Of a DNA stretch of 64,000 bases, positions 26,301 through 38,992 are shown one piece after another. The first letter of the stretch is position 1. Each line of letters begins with the position of its first letter. This stretch comes from Takakia lepidozioides (taxonomy: Eukaryota; Plantae; Bryophyta): assembly GCA_030704615.1 (NCBI GenBank), contig CM060733.1, positions 22,382,001 to 22,446,000 of the forward strand. The letters are read 5' to 3'. The position numbers were made by a program, and so were the translations under genes. Under the pieces are notes generated by a model, which saw only the letters and a program-made list of their open reading frames with translations, was not told the origin of the DNA and ran no database searches.

Positions 26301-29300
26301 TCGGTAGGCAGGGAGACCATGAAGGGAAGTGTACTCCGTACTCTACGCTGCTCAGCCATAGCCAAGCTGATAATCCAGGTCAAGCAATTGAGATCCATTG
26401 CTTGCCCCAACACCTAACGACGTGATGCGTCAAAAAGAGATGGCACCGCCGTGGTACCTGTGGTAAACCATCGCCGTCGAGCTCGTCAGCATTGGGCTCC
26501 ACTAATTGTTGCAACTGGCTATCCCACGAGAGGCCAGGTCCACCATCCCGAAAAGCGTGGGATCCTGGGAAGCTGAGCAGTGTAGGTAATGCTGCTCGTG
26601 GTTGACCCACCCTGTTGACCACTGCCAAAGGCGATCGGTCATCGTGTTTCACACGTTGAGACTGCCTCCCTGTGTCCAAAATGTATCCACTGTGAGGTGT
26701 GCTGGCGCTGCACCTCATCAAATGCATGCTTGAGCAGTGGGGTGGCATCAAGTTAGTCCACATAGCCGTGGACGATGAGCCCATGACCCCACTGTAGCTG
26801 CATCCAGCAACACTGCTGACCCAAGCCACGACCGACTTGATGCACACTGGCCATCACCCTGGCCCGAGAAGAATCACCCATCAGTGGCACATTCTCCAGA
26901 TGTATGCTGGAGATACAGCTTGATGAAGCTGCAAGTGGCGCAAAATCCGCACCATCTCCCAAAATAGACTCGTCCTCGAGTCTCGCAATCCATGCATGCC
27001 CGGCTGATGAATGCCCTTGGCAGGGCCAACCTGCCATTACCAGATCAATGGAGCCAACCCGCTCCAAATCCGGCGCCCCCCAGCAACGAAATGTCTGCTG
27101 GCAAGGCTTGTTGGTATCCACGAAACTGCAGACACTGGCAACAAATCAGGGTACTATTGTACCAACTGAGCAACATGGCACAGTGAGACGCGTCGTGCAG
27201 TCTCATCCCTCTCCACATACAGGTAACGTCGAACTCGTACACCTGCCTGCAGTACTGCAGCCAATCCAGTGCTGATCCCGCCAAACAAGTCCAGAAGACA
27301 TATGTCTTCATCCGGGCACCGCCACACAAGAGGTGTGGTGTCCAATGGCGACAACTGAGGTGGTCCTGGTGCAATCACCGCACCCTCCTCTTCTCCTGAC
27401 GGTACGAAGGCCTCTACCCAGGCTTGTTGTACCCGTCCATCAGCAGCCTGCTGCAAATCCTTGCTCGTACCCCATAAGGGAGTGTGAGCAAACCATGGCA
27501 GACAACTCGCGCCGTACCATGCATGTCATCCTGCTCTGCTGGAGGTGGCACATCCTCTGCATGGGCATTGCCTTCCAGCGACTCTCCAGGCCAACTAATT
27601 GCAGCTGTAAAGGCGGCTAGCGTTGGCATCTTGCCCCGCTGGGCAGCCGCAATATCCCCAATGAATGTCACAGGGAGCTGTGCACGACGACCATCCCCTG
27701 ACTGCCATCCAGGCCTGTAGGATGCTGACTCCTCCCAAAAGTCCAGGGTGAAGCCCATGGGATATAACACTGCCCCACCAACAATGACATCGTAAGAGAC
27801 CGCGTCTGTCACAATGGCCTTGGCTCGCATCACTGAGCCATCTACAGGATGATCTGGTTGTAGTCCAATGCCAAACTCACGCCGTGTCATGCCACGAGCC
27901 TGCTCTGATCCTCCCAGAGATGTCTGTATCTGGAAAGGACAAGCTCCATATCCGCCTCCATGAGGCCTAAACCTGCAATAGCAACTCTGCCCAACATCAG
28001 TGGCTGAGCTCCTGAGTCCAACAAGACCCGCAGTGGCCGGTACTTTTGCCTGCCGGTCCACTCAAAGTGAAAATGCCTCTCTGGTTGTCTACCAAGACAA
28101 CTCCAGGTGTCACCATGGCGCGTCAAAGGCTGGCCTAGCTGGCAGCTCCATCAACCTGGCAGCTGCAGCTTGCCATGGCGCAGCTGTGGCAGTCTTGACC
28201 CTCAAATCCGAGGATCCTCTGCCACTACACCTTCCAGAACTCCGCAGAAGATGAAGTGACTCCCCACTCTCGCAGAGTGTTGCTGCTAGTTTGAACATGC
28301 AGCTGGTATTACCCCCTGCGTCGCAATCATGGTTGCCGAGAACAGTGGGGGCTTGACACACAGAGGTGGCTGCCCTCAATAACAAACCGACTGCACTAGC
28401 CTGGTATAAGTGTCAGTGCTGCACGTGTAGCTCTCCCCATGGCATAGTAACCTCCGCCTCGGAAACAGTCGGGCGAGAACTAGGTGCCATGGATGGCGTT
28501 GACAATGTCTTCGCCAATGTGAATGACTGAGGAAGCTTCGCATGACGGCTTGCCTCCCCACGCTGTGGATCCAATTCCACCTTGCACCTCGTGGCTCGGA
28601 ACTCGTGTTGCTCCTCGAGTCACGGCTGCAGCAGACTCCACCTGCACTAGTGGTTAGTGCTGCTCCGCACATGAATCCCATGCCTCCATATATCCTCCCT
28701 CAAGAGCAGGAGGTGACCATCCCGCATGGGAGCCGGTAACCACCTGAGCTGGAGCTTCATGGCAGCAAGCCTCTGCTCTAGCTTGCTGAAGCCGGTTGGC
28801 CATGTCTTGGTCAAAACACAATGACCTCCGCTGTGCCTGGCCATGTTGAGCTTGCCCTGGCATGCACCTCAGCCCAACCACCTCGTTCCTCTCTAGGCTG
28901 GTCCACCGTGCCCCCGGCCACCATTGTTCCCTTGGAACTGGCCTGGGAGTAATCAGGGTGAAAGTCATAACACTGGGCATCTCCATGCCCATACTTGCCA
29001 CAATGCCAACACTGAATACTTGAGTTGGGAAACCTTGCCCCCGGACCACGTGTTGGGCAGTCCCTTGTACCGTGTTGGCTGGAACTGCACCTGTTGTAGG
29101 CGTCCTTGCCAATCCCATGGTAACTAACTCGCTTCCTCCACCATGTGAGCTCAATCCGCTCAGCCAGCAGAAAACATCCGCTAATGTGGGTTGGGCCCGA
29201 TGTAACAGGTTGCGTTCCGCACCCTTCTCTTGAGCTCCTTGTCCAAAAAGTCCATACCAGAACTGGACTGCCTGAGCTCAGAACCCCTTGGGTCACACTT

Positions 29301-30050
29301 ATCACGCGCCTCATACGAGTGTAGGCCTCTCGCAAGCTCTCACATGGATTGCGCTGGAAGTCTTGCAAACTTCGCAGCTTCTCTGTCCGTAACCTTGGTA
29401 GTCCTCCGCAACTCCTGGAGAACTCCACCAACGGGTGAATCTAGGCACATGTGTTGTAATTGTGGCAGGGAGGAAGTAGTAGCACCTTTGAACTGGTACC
29501 ACCTGCAGAAGTGCCGGCAACATACTTATTCCACTACTAGTGCTTGTAGTTGGAGATGTTGTGTAGTGCTGGTGGTGACCGCTGCCCTTGTGCCTCTAGT
29601 GATGAGACATAGATAGGTGACCAATAATCTCGCCACTCCTTCATCTCCACTGCATGTCCCCGCCTAAATCATGGTAATCATCCAGGGCGGACCCCTCAGG
29701 TGCTGGAATAGTCCATTCCACGCCCTAAGGGCGTAAAGTTGTGGATATGGCATTTGCTGCAAATCACCACCAACTGTCAACTCTTGTATAAGTCATCAAG
29801 CTCGATGGTGCCCACCGCTCCAGAGTACCTACGTGGCCCCTTGGTAGCTCAACATCTCCTCCATGTGTCCCACCAAATGGCACGGAAATGACTGGCAACC
29901 TCGGCTAGACATCCTCCTGAACTCCGAGTCTGAACCTTCCTCAGAGACACTGAAGGTGAAAGTGCCTAAAACCGCACTCTTGTCTTGTGACCCACTAGTA
30001 TCGCTGGTGCTTGTACCGGCACTCCCCCCTCAGCAGTGTGGCACCTCGGG
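23315..30050 (-). mobile_element. Ty3/gypsy element carrying a C5-DNA methyltransferase, copy 1 (gag-CCHC, protease, DNMT, RT, RNase H, integrase; frameshifted)
   Basis: CWHCGKYGHGDAQC (~29000); LLDSGAQ (~28020); DNMT motifs (26360-27330); DLRSGYHQ, PFGLKNAPAEFQR and YIDD; TDHQPL; HEELGHFG, WSLDFAGP, TDQG and DGLAER. Confidence 0.9.
26360..27330 (-). pseudogene. C5-cytosine DNA methyltransferase domain within pol (copy 1)
   Basis: LLDLFGGISTG (motif I), YVERD (II), MAGWPCQGHS (IV) and LENVP (VI), spread across shifted frames. Confidence 0.85.
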
Positions 30051-31309
30051 ATGAAAACTCACAACCCAACCGATGTTGTCAATCTGTCTCTAATCCCCAC
30101 TTTCACAAGGTAACCGGGTAAAGAAACCTGTTGCGGGGCTATGGTTTCAAGCAGGAATAATAGGTTTCTAACGTACTGGACCTGTACATGCACCTGCATC
30201 CACCGCCAAGCACTCCTATGGTAGGCTGCGTCATCACCAGCCTCACCAGACAGCATACTCAGGATTGGTCGGTGATCAAATACGGACCAACCACCTATGA
30301 AACAAGCGCCCACACAAGCTAACATGGCACACCACTCAAGCATGCAGGGGTGGAGGGGATCCAAACACAAGAAAATCAAGCAGCAACTCCCCCACACCAA
30401 AAAACACTCCACAGTGTCGCTCCTGCAAGGACCCCAGCCCAAACCAGGACTGACTTTGCCTCCACCTACGGAAAGGTTTTGGCCTACAGAGAGGGTGAAA
30501 GACTATAGAGAAGAGAAACTAAAGCAATCCTAACCCCAGAATGCTGCTCATCCCACACACTCTCATCCTGTCTCATATCCACTCGCTTGTATGGCCGTGC
30601 AAGTATCCGTCAAAGATCCCTCAATCAATCCTTCAAGAGCTCTTCAACATTGCAACGACGCAATGGCGTGAGCGTTGCACGTGACGCGCGCGAGGGCGTA
30701 CGCTCACGCAGCGAGTGACGTGGCGTGGAGCGTACGCCCACGCCAGATGACGTGGCGTGAGCGTCATGTCAGCATGTGATGGGCGGTAAATGATTGACGT
30801 GGCACTGTCCGTTCAACTGCCACGTCAGCATTAACATGACGCCGCCTATAACCGTGGTGGTCCTATGACCGTGGAATGAATGCAGGGAAATCTTGTCCTA
30901 AAATAGAAATCAGACGAGCGTTGAGGCCTACAATTGCAGCACCAACATTGTGCAATTAACAAAGTTTGTTTCACTTTTACAATTACGAAGACGACACAAT
31001 AGCCTCACAAAGTGTGCGCATAAAGGCTGCCACGAGAAGACTTCCTCCCTACTCAAATAACAATGAGAGTTATGCTCAATCTTCAAAAAGATTGATTGTA
31101 GTGCATAGCGGACAGCAAGACCTGTAGACTTCGAACGGTGCAATGACAATGTGCACACTACCTAAAAGTTGTCACTCAGACCTCACTCCGTATAGTTGGA
31201 GGCAATATCATTGCACAGCCGACGAATTGATGTGAATTAAACATTTCAAATCATGGTCATCCACATACCACATTACATAGTTCATGCGACCCATGTGTTG
31301 TTCCGCGGC

Positions 31310-34300
31310 AAAAGGAGTATCGACCTCGTTGAAACTCATAGTGGCCTGGTGAATGAAGTTGTCACGTTTGGGATCGCAACCATTCCTCTCAAAATATGAA
31401 ATACAAATGTTTGCAGGGTATGAATTTACCTCTCTTGCCCAACTGGTTGATAGATATCACAAAATCAGGACATGTGCAATTGGGGAAATTGAAACCCGTG
31501 ATGTCGTAGTCCTGTCATGAACAGCAGATGTGGAAAGTGAATGATGTGAATACCCGACCATATCCTGGATCGGGTACTTCCGTGGTGCTTCCGACACGAG
31601 CTTGGAGCATCTTGCGGACTCCACTTTGCCAAAGTGTTCAGCGGTTGGAGGGAACGCCGAACGAGCTATCCATCTCGTTTGGTTGGCCACAGTAGTCAGG
31701 ATTTGCCGGGGGGACCCGGGAGGACGCAGGAGTAGTAGCACATGCATGGAGTAGTGGGGTTGTCTCGCAAGGGAAAAACCTGCATCCTCAAGCATTCAAA
31801 TCTCCTGAAAGCTGTTGGATGTGTTCCCACCTTCACGGGCCAAACGGTTGGAGGAGATGGCTTCATCACTACGGTAAGGACGCCACAGTTCCATGCACAA
31901 TCTGGCACAATCATCTGCGCAGAACCAGAACTTTGGTTCTTGGCTTCTGGTTGACCGTATGACGCATCAAGCCCGTGAAAGTCGGAGCAGAGCGGAGTCG
32001 GGCACCACCTCTGGATATAGATGAAGTGCACTTCTCGAATTAGTTGCCCTGATCGCTGTACATTTCACACGAGACCCGACACTGTGGTTCTATGTGCCAA
32101 ACGGGTCGGGGCGGTCGGGGGGCCGGCGGAACTCAAGCACATCAAGGGGGTTGTTTCTCTCTTGCACCATTTCAGTGGAACGGTTTGCTGCTGGAGCTTG
32201 CCGTCGTGTGGAGGTTCCTCCACAATGGAGGTTCCGGACACGGAGTGTCATGCAGGGGAACACGAGGCTTCGAGAAGTTATCACGGTCATGCCCTGTGGG
32301 AATCTGAATCTGAACGGGGGAGTGTTTCAAATTTCCTCGTACAGGAGCCGAATCTCTCATCCCTTCAAGTGGGAACTCTAGAAACAAGTGGCGTTCCCTG
32401 GGCATACATGCTCACCGCCGTGCTATTTGATGGGATCCCCAGATCTGTTTGCCGCACGCAAACATCAACTCCGAGGTGTCCGGACCCTTGCCACCCACCG
32501 CACCTCGTAAGAAAATCACGGTATCGGGTTGTTGTTGCAAGGCACGTATCAAATCATCTGTTGTTGCCACATACAAATCCCGACCTCGTCCCAGATGCTT
32601 GCAACCATGCATTGTGCACAATTTCTGCCAAATGCAAAGATGGCATGTCTGCCATTTCCTCAATGGCATGTGCTGCAAAGAGGATAACCACACTTCAGAA
32701 TAGTGCACAGGAAACAAACATAAGAAAGCAATGAGTCAAACTATGGAAAGCAAATGTATGAATAAAGCATGAAATAGAAGCCTCGTACCATTGTCATGGC
32801 TGCTCCCCACTGTCTATACCGGAAGTGCCCAAACGCCAGCCAATCTTCCAATGCTCTTCATACTCTCAAGGTGAGCAGGATCCAGAAGGAGAACCCACAG
32901 GCACATTGTCTGGAAACAAGTGTCCGCCTCCTTCATTGTTCTAGCACTATTTTACTCTTTGCACAATTTACGGTGCTTGAGGTTGCATCTCTGGTTGATG
33001 TACGACTTTGTATGTTTTTCCAGAGATTGTGCCAATGGAATAGACATGTACGCTCTCTTCCTGGCATAGGCCTTTTGGGGTAGCCCGATCCGAAGAAATA
33101 CGAATAGCATGAAATTTGCTTGAGCACTATCCGCCATGAAAACATGCGAAATTGGAGATGCAGCCCATGGCAGCCCATGACACGTATCAGGGAATTCCCA
33201 AATGAGCTTCTGGGATTCCGTATCCTCGGATTTCATGTCACAAATGGGGGGGCAATTGTCATAACTCGTTGGTACACTGGATGTAGACATGAAAAGCCAT
33301 TGTCGTCCAATCCTTCACTCGTTTCACAGATCAAACATAAGAAAACAGTTCTGCAAGTCCACAGTCTTTTGCATCCGCTTCACGAGGCTAACCCCCACTG
33401 CCCTCCCCAACAGTCGACATTTTGAAAAGTCCACAGTCTGTTGCATCCGCACATATGAGGCTAAACCCCACTGCCCTCCCCAACAGTCGATTTTGAAAAG
33501 AAAAACTTTGATGGCACCTGATGGCACCTTGACCTGGGAATACATTGTCCTGGATGTAATCGTACTTGCTCAGTCGTTTCAATTCCAAATATTGTCTATG
33601 TAGCCTCTGATCCCAGAGCCCATTCTCAATGCATTGATCTGATGCCGAATGTTAGGTGAACTTAAAGTGGAGAAATGATCCATGACCAGGTCCAATGCTG
33701 CACCGTCAAGTTTAGTCCCCACAGAATCTCCTTCACTCAAAATATGGCTTTCCAAGAAGGACTTGCTTGCGCCAAGAGCAATTGCAGATGTTGTTGCGGA
33801 TGGGTTTCTCCCGAACTCCTGTTTGATCAACCTCGATACTGTCTCAACACTCTCCCTGTAATCCCCCTTCGAGACAGGATGGTTATGGAATCCAAATGCA
33901 CACAAGCTCTCGTCATTGTATTCAAACGGTGGACAACATAGTACATTCTTGCTCGCTCCGCAGAGCGCCAAGCAGGATGGCACAAGTTTGCAGAATTTGC
34001 AGACGAAAGTGTTTTGCCGTGGAGGGGCAGTCCCAGGCTGAAATGGATTCTCCGCCAGACCCTCCCATTCGCTTTGATTATGAACTCCAGACTGAAGAAA
34101 GTGTCTGCAATTCAAATTATCACACCTAGGTGTCCATTGCAAACTGTCCTCCTGAAAACAAGCTTGTCATCATTCTGATATTGGATGTTTTTGTTCTGCA
34201 CCACGGGTGCCCGTCGTGTTTCTTGTCCATTCCATGCATCATGATTGTTACACCTCCAACTCGCGGAGGAGGAGGCAGCTCGAATAGGATATCGCCATCA

Positions 34301-34882
34301 AAAGTCTCCGGCAAGAACTTCACAGGCACCTGCTTCAAAGATTCCCAATCAATTCCCCGCAACTCACTTTTGAATCCAGCCATTCCTCCCATCGCCCGCA
34401 ATTTTGGAATGACACTACAAATCTCTTCTTCATCAGCTTCTGCAACCACAGTAGGAAGGACTGGATTTGAATTTCACTTATGTCATCATCGGAAGAATCC
34501 GAAAGCTCAACGATTGGAGTGGAGGAAGTCTGTTCTTTTTTCACCACCACCTCCCTCTTGTCTTCAACGACCGAAGCAGCAGTCCCGGGCGTCACATATG
34601 ACCCAAGGGACTTTCGCCGAGGCTCTCCAAGTACTCTGTATCGACCAGGACGCACCTCCACTGGCTGATATGAGCCGTCTCATCACGGTTTTGGAAAGAT
34701 ATTTCACCACCACTTCCCTTTCAGATCGTAAACCTCTTTCTCCAAAAAGATGGAGCCATTCTGCAGCTGAAACGGGTAGCCAAGACATGTTCCAGAACAA
34801 TTGCAAATCCATTGTCAAGGACTTCCTGGGAGAACGGCACTGGTTTGTCGTCTGAGAAGAACTCCGCTTCAGAGGAAGCCAT
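31310..34882 (-). pseudogene. Mutator-like (MULE) transposase, family A: GCM/WRKY-like Zn DNA-binding domain, DDE core, C-terminal SWIM
   Basis: MDKKHDGHPWCRTKT...C..C...HNHP; FPGQG; FMADSAQAN; RTCLFHW (MULE CxxH); LAEIVHNAW (third catalytic E); PCKHLYF (SWIM). Homologous to 61774-64000 and 51561-52439. Many frameshifts; probable intron at ~32700-32790. Confidence 0.75.
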
Positions 34883-36100
34883 CTTCCTTCCTCGAGTATG
34901 TTTGTACCTTGCTATCGCAGATCTAGTGTAAATCGGTTTACTGCTGTCTCCAGAACACTTGAAGAATGAGCAGAGCATATGGCGGAGGAAGCTCAGATAA
35001 CGACTGTGCATATTCTGTTATTCATTCCAGATATGCAGCCGTCCATTTTAATTACTTTTCTTGTGGGCCCAGTGGTCAGAGAATCCATAGGGGCAGTGTC
35101 GGCAACTGTTAAACCGTTAATCAAACCTCATCAATAAACCCAATAACAAAGCCGACTTCCTGGAAGCATGCCACAGGATCTAGAATGGGATTGCAGATTA
35201 AGTAAATGTATCTATATACTACTACCAATGATCATGCGCACCTGGAAAGTTCCAAATGTGCCACGAATGTGGGGTTTGGATAACAAGGATGACCGTGTAT
35301 GATATTCCAAAAATTTGTCATCAAACTCTCGTTCATTTATATTTATTTGTTAAGACTGCGCATCAATTTCTGGGATTCGCTGTTCTTTTTTAATATTGAA
35401 CCAGTTATAATTTAGAACACGCCGTTTTTTTGGGCGGCACACACGTTAGACATCCATAACTGAATACGAACAGCTGTACACCAATTGCTGGCATGTGCAC
35501 TAATAACGAAACGACTATGTGTAACGGTCACGCGGGAGGGAATCCGATGCTTCTAGAGACACGCAAGAACACAGGCAATCCCGCAAGAAATCGGGAGTCA
35601 CTGCGTTTTTCTACTTTTCGCGCTTAGAGGGAGAGTGGTAGTCAAGCTAGAGGGTTCCTTCTAGAATACGAAAGAGAAGAAAGTCTCTTTATTTACTTCC
35701 CTTAGAGAGAGACGCAGAGCAGAGAGAAAATGACGAGGCGTCGTTTGTTGGAGAACACAGGGCCAAGGCAGCAGGTGAACGCGGAGACTGATTCACAAGA
35801 GCAGACGGAGACTGAGGCAGCGGCTGCGACACAGTCGGCGATAAGAGTGCGCCAGCCTGTGGAGGCAGAGATGAATCGCAGGGACACTGAAGAAGGTGGA
35901 AGCACGCGGAACGCCGAACCTGAAGAAGGTCAAGAAACCTTCGCAGACAGAAACTCCAGCAGATGTGAGAGGAAGAGGAAAGCTGCAGAAGGGATCAAAT
36001 TCAAAACCTAAGAAGGTGCCAGTAAGTTTATCATATAGTCTGTGTGATTGCCTTTCAAGGAGTCCTTCCTCTTCCTTCTTTAGCAGGAACTACTGAATCG

Positions 36101-36427
36101 CGAGCGTCGTTAACGCCATTCGATTCTGCTCATGAGATTTATGTACCTATGTGTTTGAAGAGAGAGTCTGCACTTACTATTCTCCCTAAACTACACTGAA
36201 TGTCGTTGCCGCCATCAGTTGCCATATATGTCATTACACAACACCGATCCGGCAGGTTGTTATCTTTTGTGATTGTCGTTAACGCCGTTCGCTATCGCTC
36301 TCACTTTTGTTTTGAATACGGCAGTCTCGGCTTTGCATGTGTAGATTGTGTAGAATTGTGCTGATTCTTTCACACCATTCATGGTGAGTTTCCTTGATAC
36401 AGAGTGATTGTCGTTACCGCCATTCAC
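36101..36427. repeat. Four degenerate copies of the family A palindrome in the first intron
   Basis: GAGCGTCGTTAACGCCATTC, CTGAATGTCGTTGCCGCCATCAG, GTGATTGTCGTTAACGCCGTTCGC and GTGATTGTCGTTACCGCCATTCAC. Confidence 0.7.
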
Positions 36428-38273
36428 TATTTGCAAATCACTTAGTCAGAACTGAATGGCATCGTGCAGAAAACTGTGAGGTCGAAGCCTACAGGATCAG
36501 AGGGGAAAGGATCTGGAGATGGGGACGAGTCCGCAAAAAGCTCAGAGATACAGATGAAGCAGATGAATCCGAAGTGCACTACTTGACAAGGTGAAAGAAC
36601 TCATGTCATTCCAGAAGGTAAACTCTCAGGAGGTTATAAGGGACATGCTCGTATCTGGAGGCGTCTGGACATACCTCTGTGCGGATGATATCAATGCCTG
36701 TTGTGCGTCCACCTCTTTTCCCATGACATAACAAAATGGAGAGTGATTTTGTGCATGGATATAGACTTGTGCACAAGTTTTTTATGTGTCACTGACGGAT
36801 ATAAATGGGAAAGCACATTAGTTTCTCCAGAGATCAGTGATAACTGGGATGAGTGCTGGAAAGATGCCAATGAGGAGTTCGAGCTGGGCCTCATGATGGG
36901 AAAGAACACCCAGCAATTTTGCAACCACATGTTCTACGTCTGGGACGGCAACCACCGATTGCTGGCATGGATGGGATACATTCAGAAACACCATTCGAAA
37001 GACAAAGACAAGCATGTTGCTGTGGAGGCAATGGTTTTGGATCCAGGAAACGACATCGCTAGGCTTCTTACAGCTATGCACGACGTGAACAAGTAAGTCA
37101 TCCAGGAGATTTGATTCCCTCTGTAGTGTCTTGTTGATCCTCAAACCGTGTTAAGGAATGCAATGTTTTCAAATGTTTTTGCAGATCGACAGAGAAATCG
37201 CATGTGACAACAAGCTTGGTTCACACACTATTCCGAATTCAGAGGATTGGTCTGATGAAGCTGGATGATTTTCGGACAGTACTACCACCCAATATCATCA
37301 AGAAGTGCGAAACAGGAAGAGCTGCAGGCACTTGGTATTCTTTGACACGAGAGGCGTTTCTGGAGTACATGTATGCAGTAAGCCCGAGTCTGTAATCTGT
37401 TACTTTTCGAATACATGTTAGAGTCCCTTCGGAGCTAATCACTACTTGAATGAATGCAGCAGAACTGCAGAGGCAGCTTGAGAAGGGAAAATCCGAATAT
37501 TACCGCACTACCCAGAGGAACTAAGGACATCACTGCAATAAAGAAGGAGTTTGGAGATGCGAAGAACCAAATTGATGTCAGCCTTCGAAAGCAGCTTAGA
37601 ATAGTAGATCCTGGACTTGGTCCTGAGTTCCTTCAGCAGATCAAACAACACTATGACAAGCATGTGCATCCGAGATGCAGCAGGAGAAATTGCACCGGCT
37701 GGCCATATCGATGGTCGACCCACAAACAAAAATAGGTGGCTGGAGATATGGAACTCAGATCAAACAGTAAAGGACTTGAATCAGTTCCCAAAGAGCACCA
37801 TACAGCCTGGCACAAAGGTGGAAGAATCAGTGATTTTGGTGTTTGATAACTGGCTCCACAAGGCTACATTTGGAGTCAGGTGTGTATTCGAACATGCTGT
37901 TTCTTCTCTCTCAATATATGTGATGTGTTTCTTTTTGCAATTCTGACAAGATACTATTTGCAGCTCGAAAAGCGCGCCGTTCATTGTGCTGGATCAGACT
38001 TTGAAGGACCTGAACATTGCGATTGTTTCCCCTCCCCAAATGTCATTGGAGGCATACATAAGGAATGGAGAGGTCTCACCTGGAGATACTGTTTTTTCCG
38101 GGAGTTCTCCAAAGATGGTAACATTTACGGTCCAACGACTTTGATTGACAGTCAGGTTGGAGGGAGAGTGGGCCATGATGCGAGTTGTGTACAGGTGAAA
38201 TGTCATACTTGAAACTCTACTGTTTTTTTGGGAAAATTGTGGCTTCATATGGATTGCAATCTTAGATCCAGAT

Positions 38274-38992
38274 TGAATGTCGTTGACGACATTCACTTCT
38301 TTGTCTGAGTCATTCTTAAGCGAGTATATGAATTCACCTGTTAGGATCTAAGGTGCAATTATATTGTCCCTGATTAGAAATTGATAATGTCCTTGAATGG
38401 CGTTGACGACATTCACATACGGAGTTGTTGTGTGGTCCTCAAGTTATGTAAATTTTTGTAATGTCCATAGAGGTTACAATGAGGGTTGATCACTTCATTT
38501 TGCTGAATGTCAATGCAGACATTCAGTTGTTCTGCATTGTTTTTTCCTCTTGCGATGAATATGGAGGCTTGATAAGCTCTGTTTTAAGAAATCCAAAGTG
38601 AATGTCGTTGACGACATTCACAGCTGTGTCTTATTATTCAAAAACGACAAATTCAATTTTCATGGATGGGGAGCTAAGTAATTGGTTTCTTTTTTGTATT
38701 TTTGTGAATGGCGTTGACGCCATTCACATACAGTGATGTTGTGAGGTCCTCAGTGATAGGTTCGTTATGAATGTGCATTGAGTTTTCCTGGATGGTTCCT
38801 TACTCAATTTTTTATTTCCATCCTGTGATTTTGCTTTCTTTCAGTAATAATTTGGCTTCATTCTTGAATGTCGTTGACGACATTCACTTCTATGTCTGTG
38901 TCATTTCTAATCGCTTATTGCATTCACCTGGATTAGGATGTATTTACAGTGTCATGGAATGGAATGTTTCTGAATGGCGTTGACGACATTCA
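38274..38992. repeat. Array of seven spaced ~24-bp palindromes GTGAATGKCGT-TG-ACGMCATTCAC in an intron
   Basis: Copies start at ~38274, 38394, 38503 (variant), 38598, 38704, 38865 and 38971. Confidence 0.9.

Noticed and set aside
38274-38992. CRISPR array interpretation of the spaced palindromes
   Set aside because: Spacers are ~70-140 bp, uneven and partly homologous to each other. The array lies in a spliceosomal intron and there are no cas genes.
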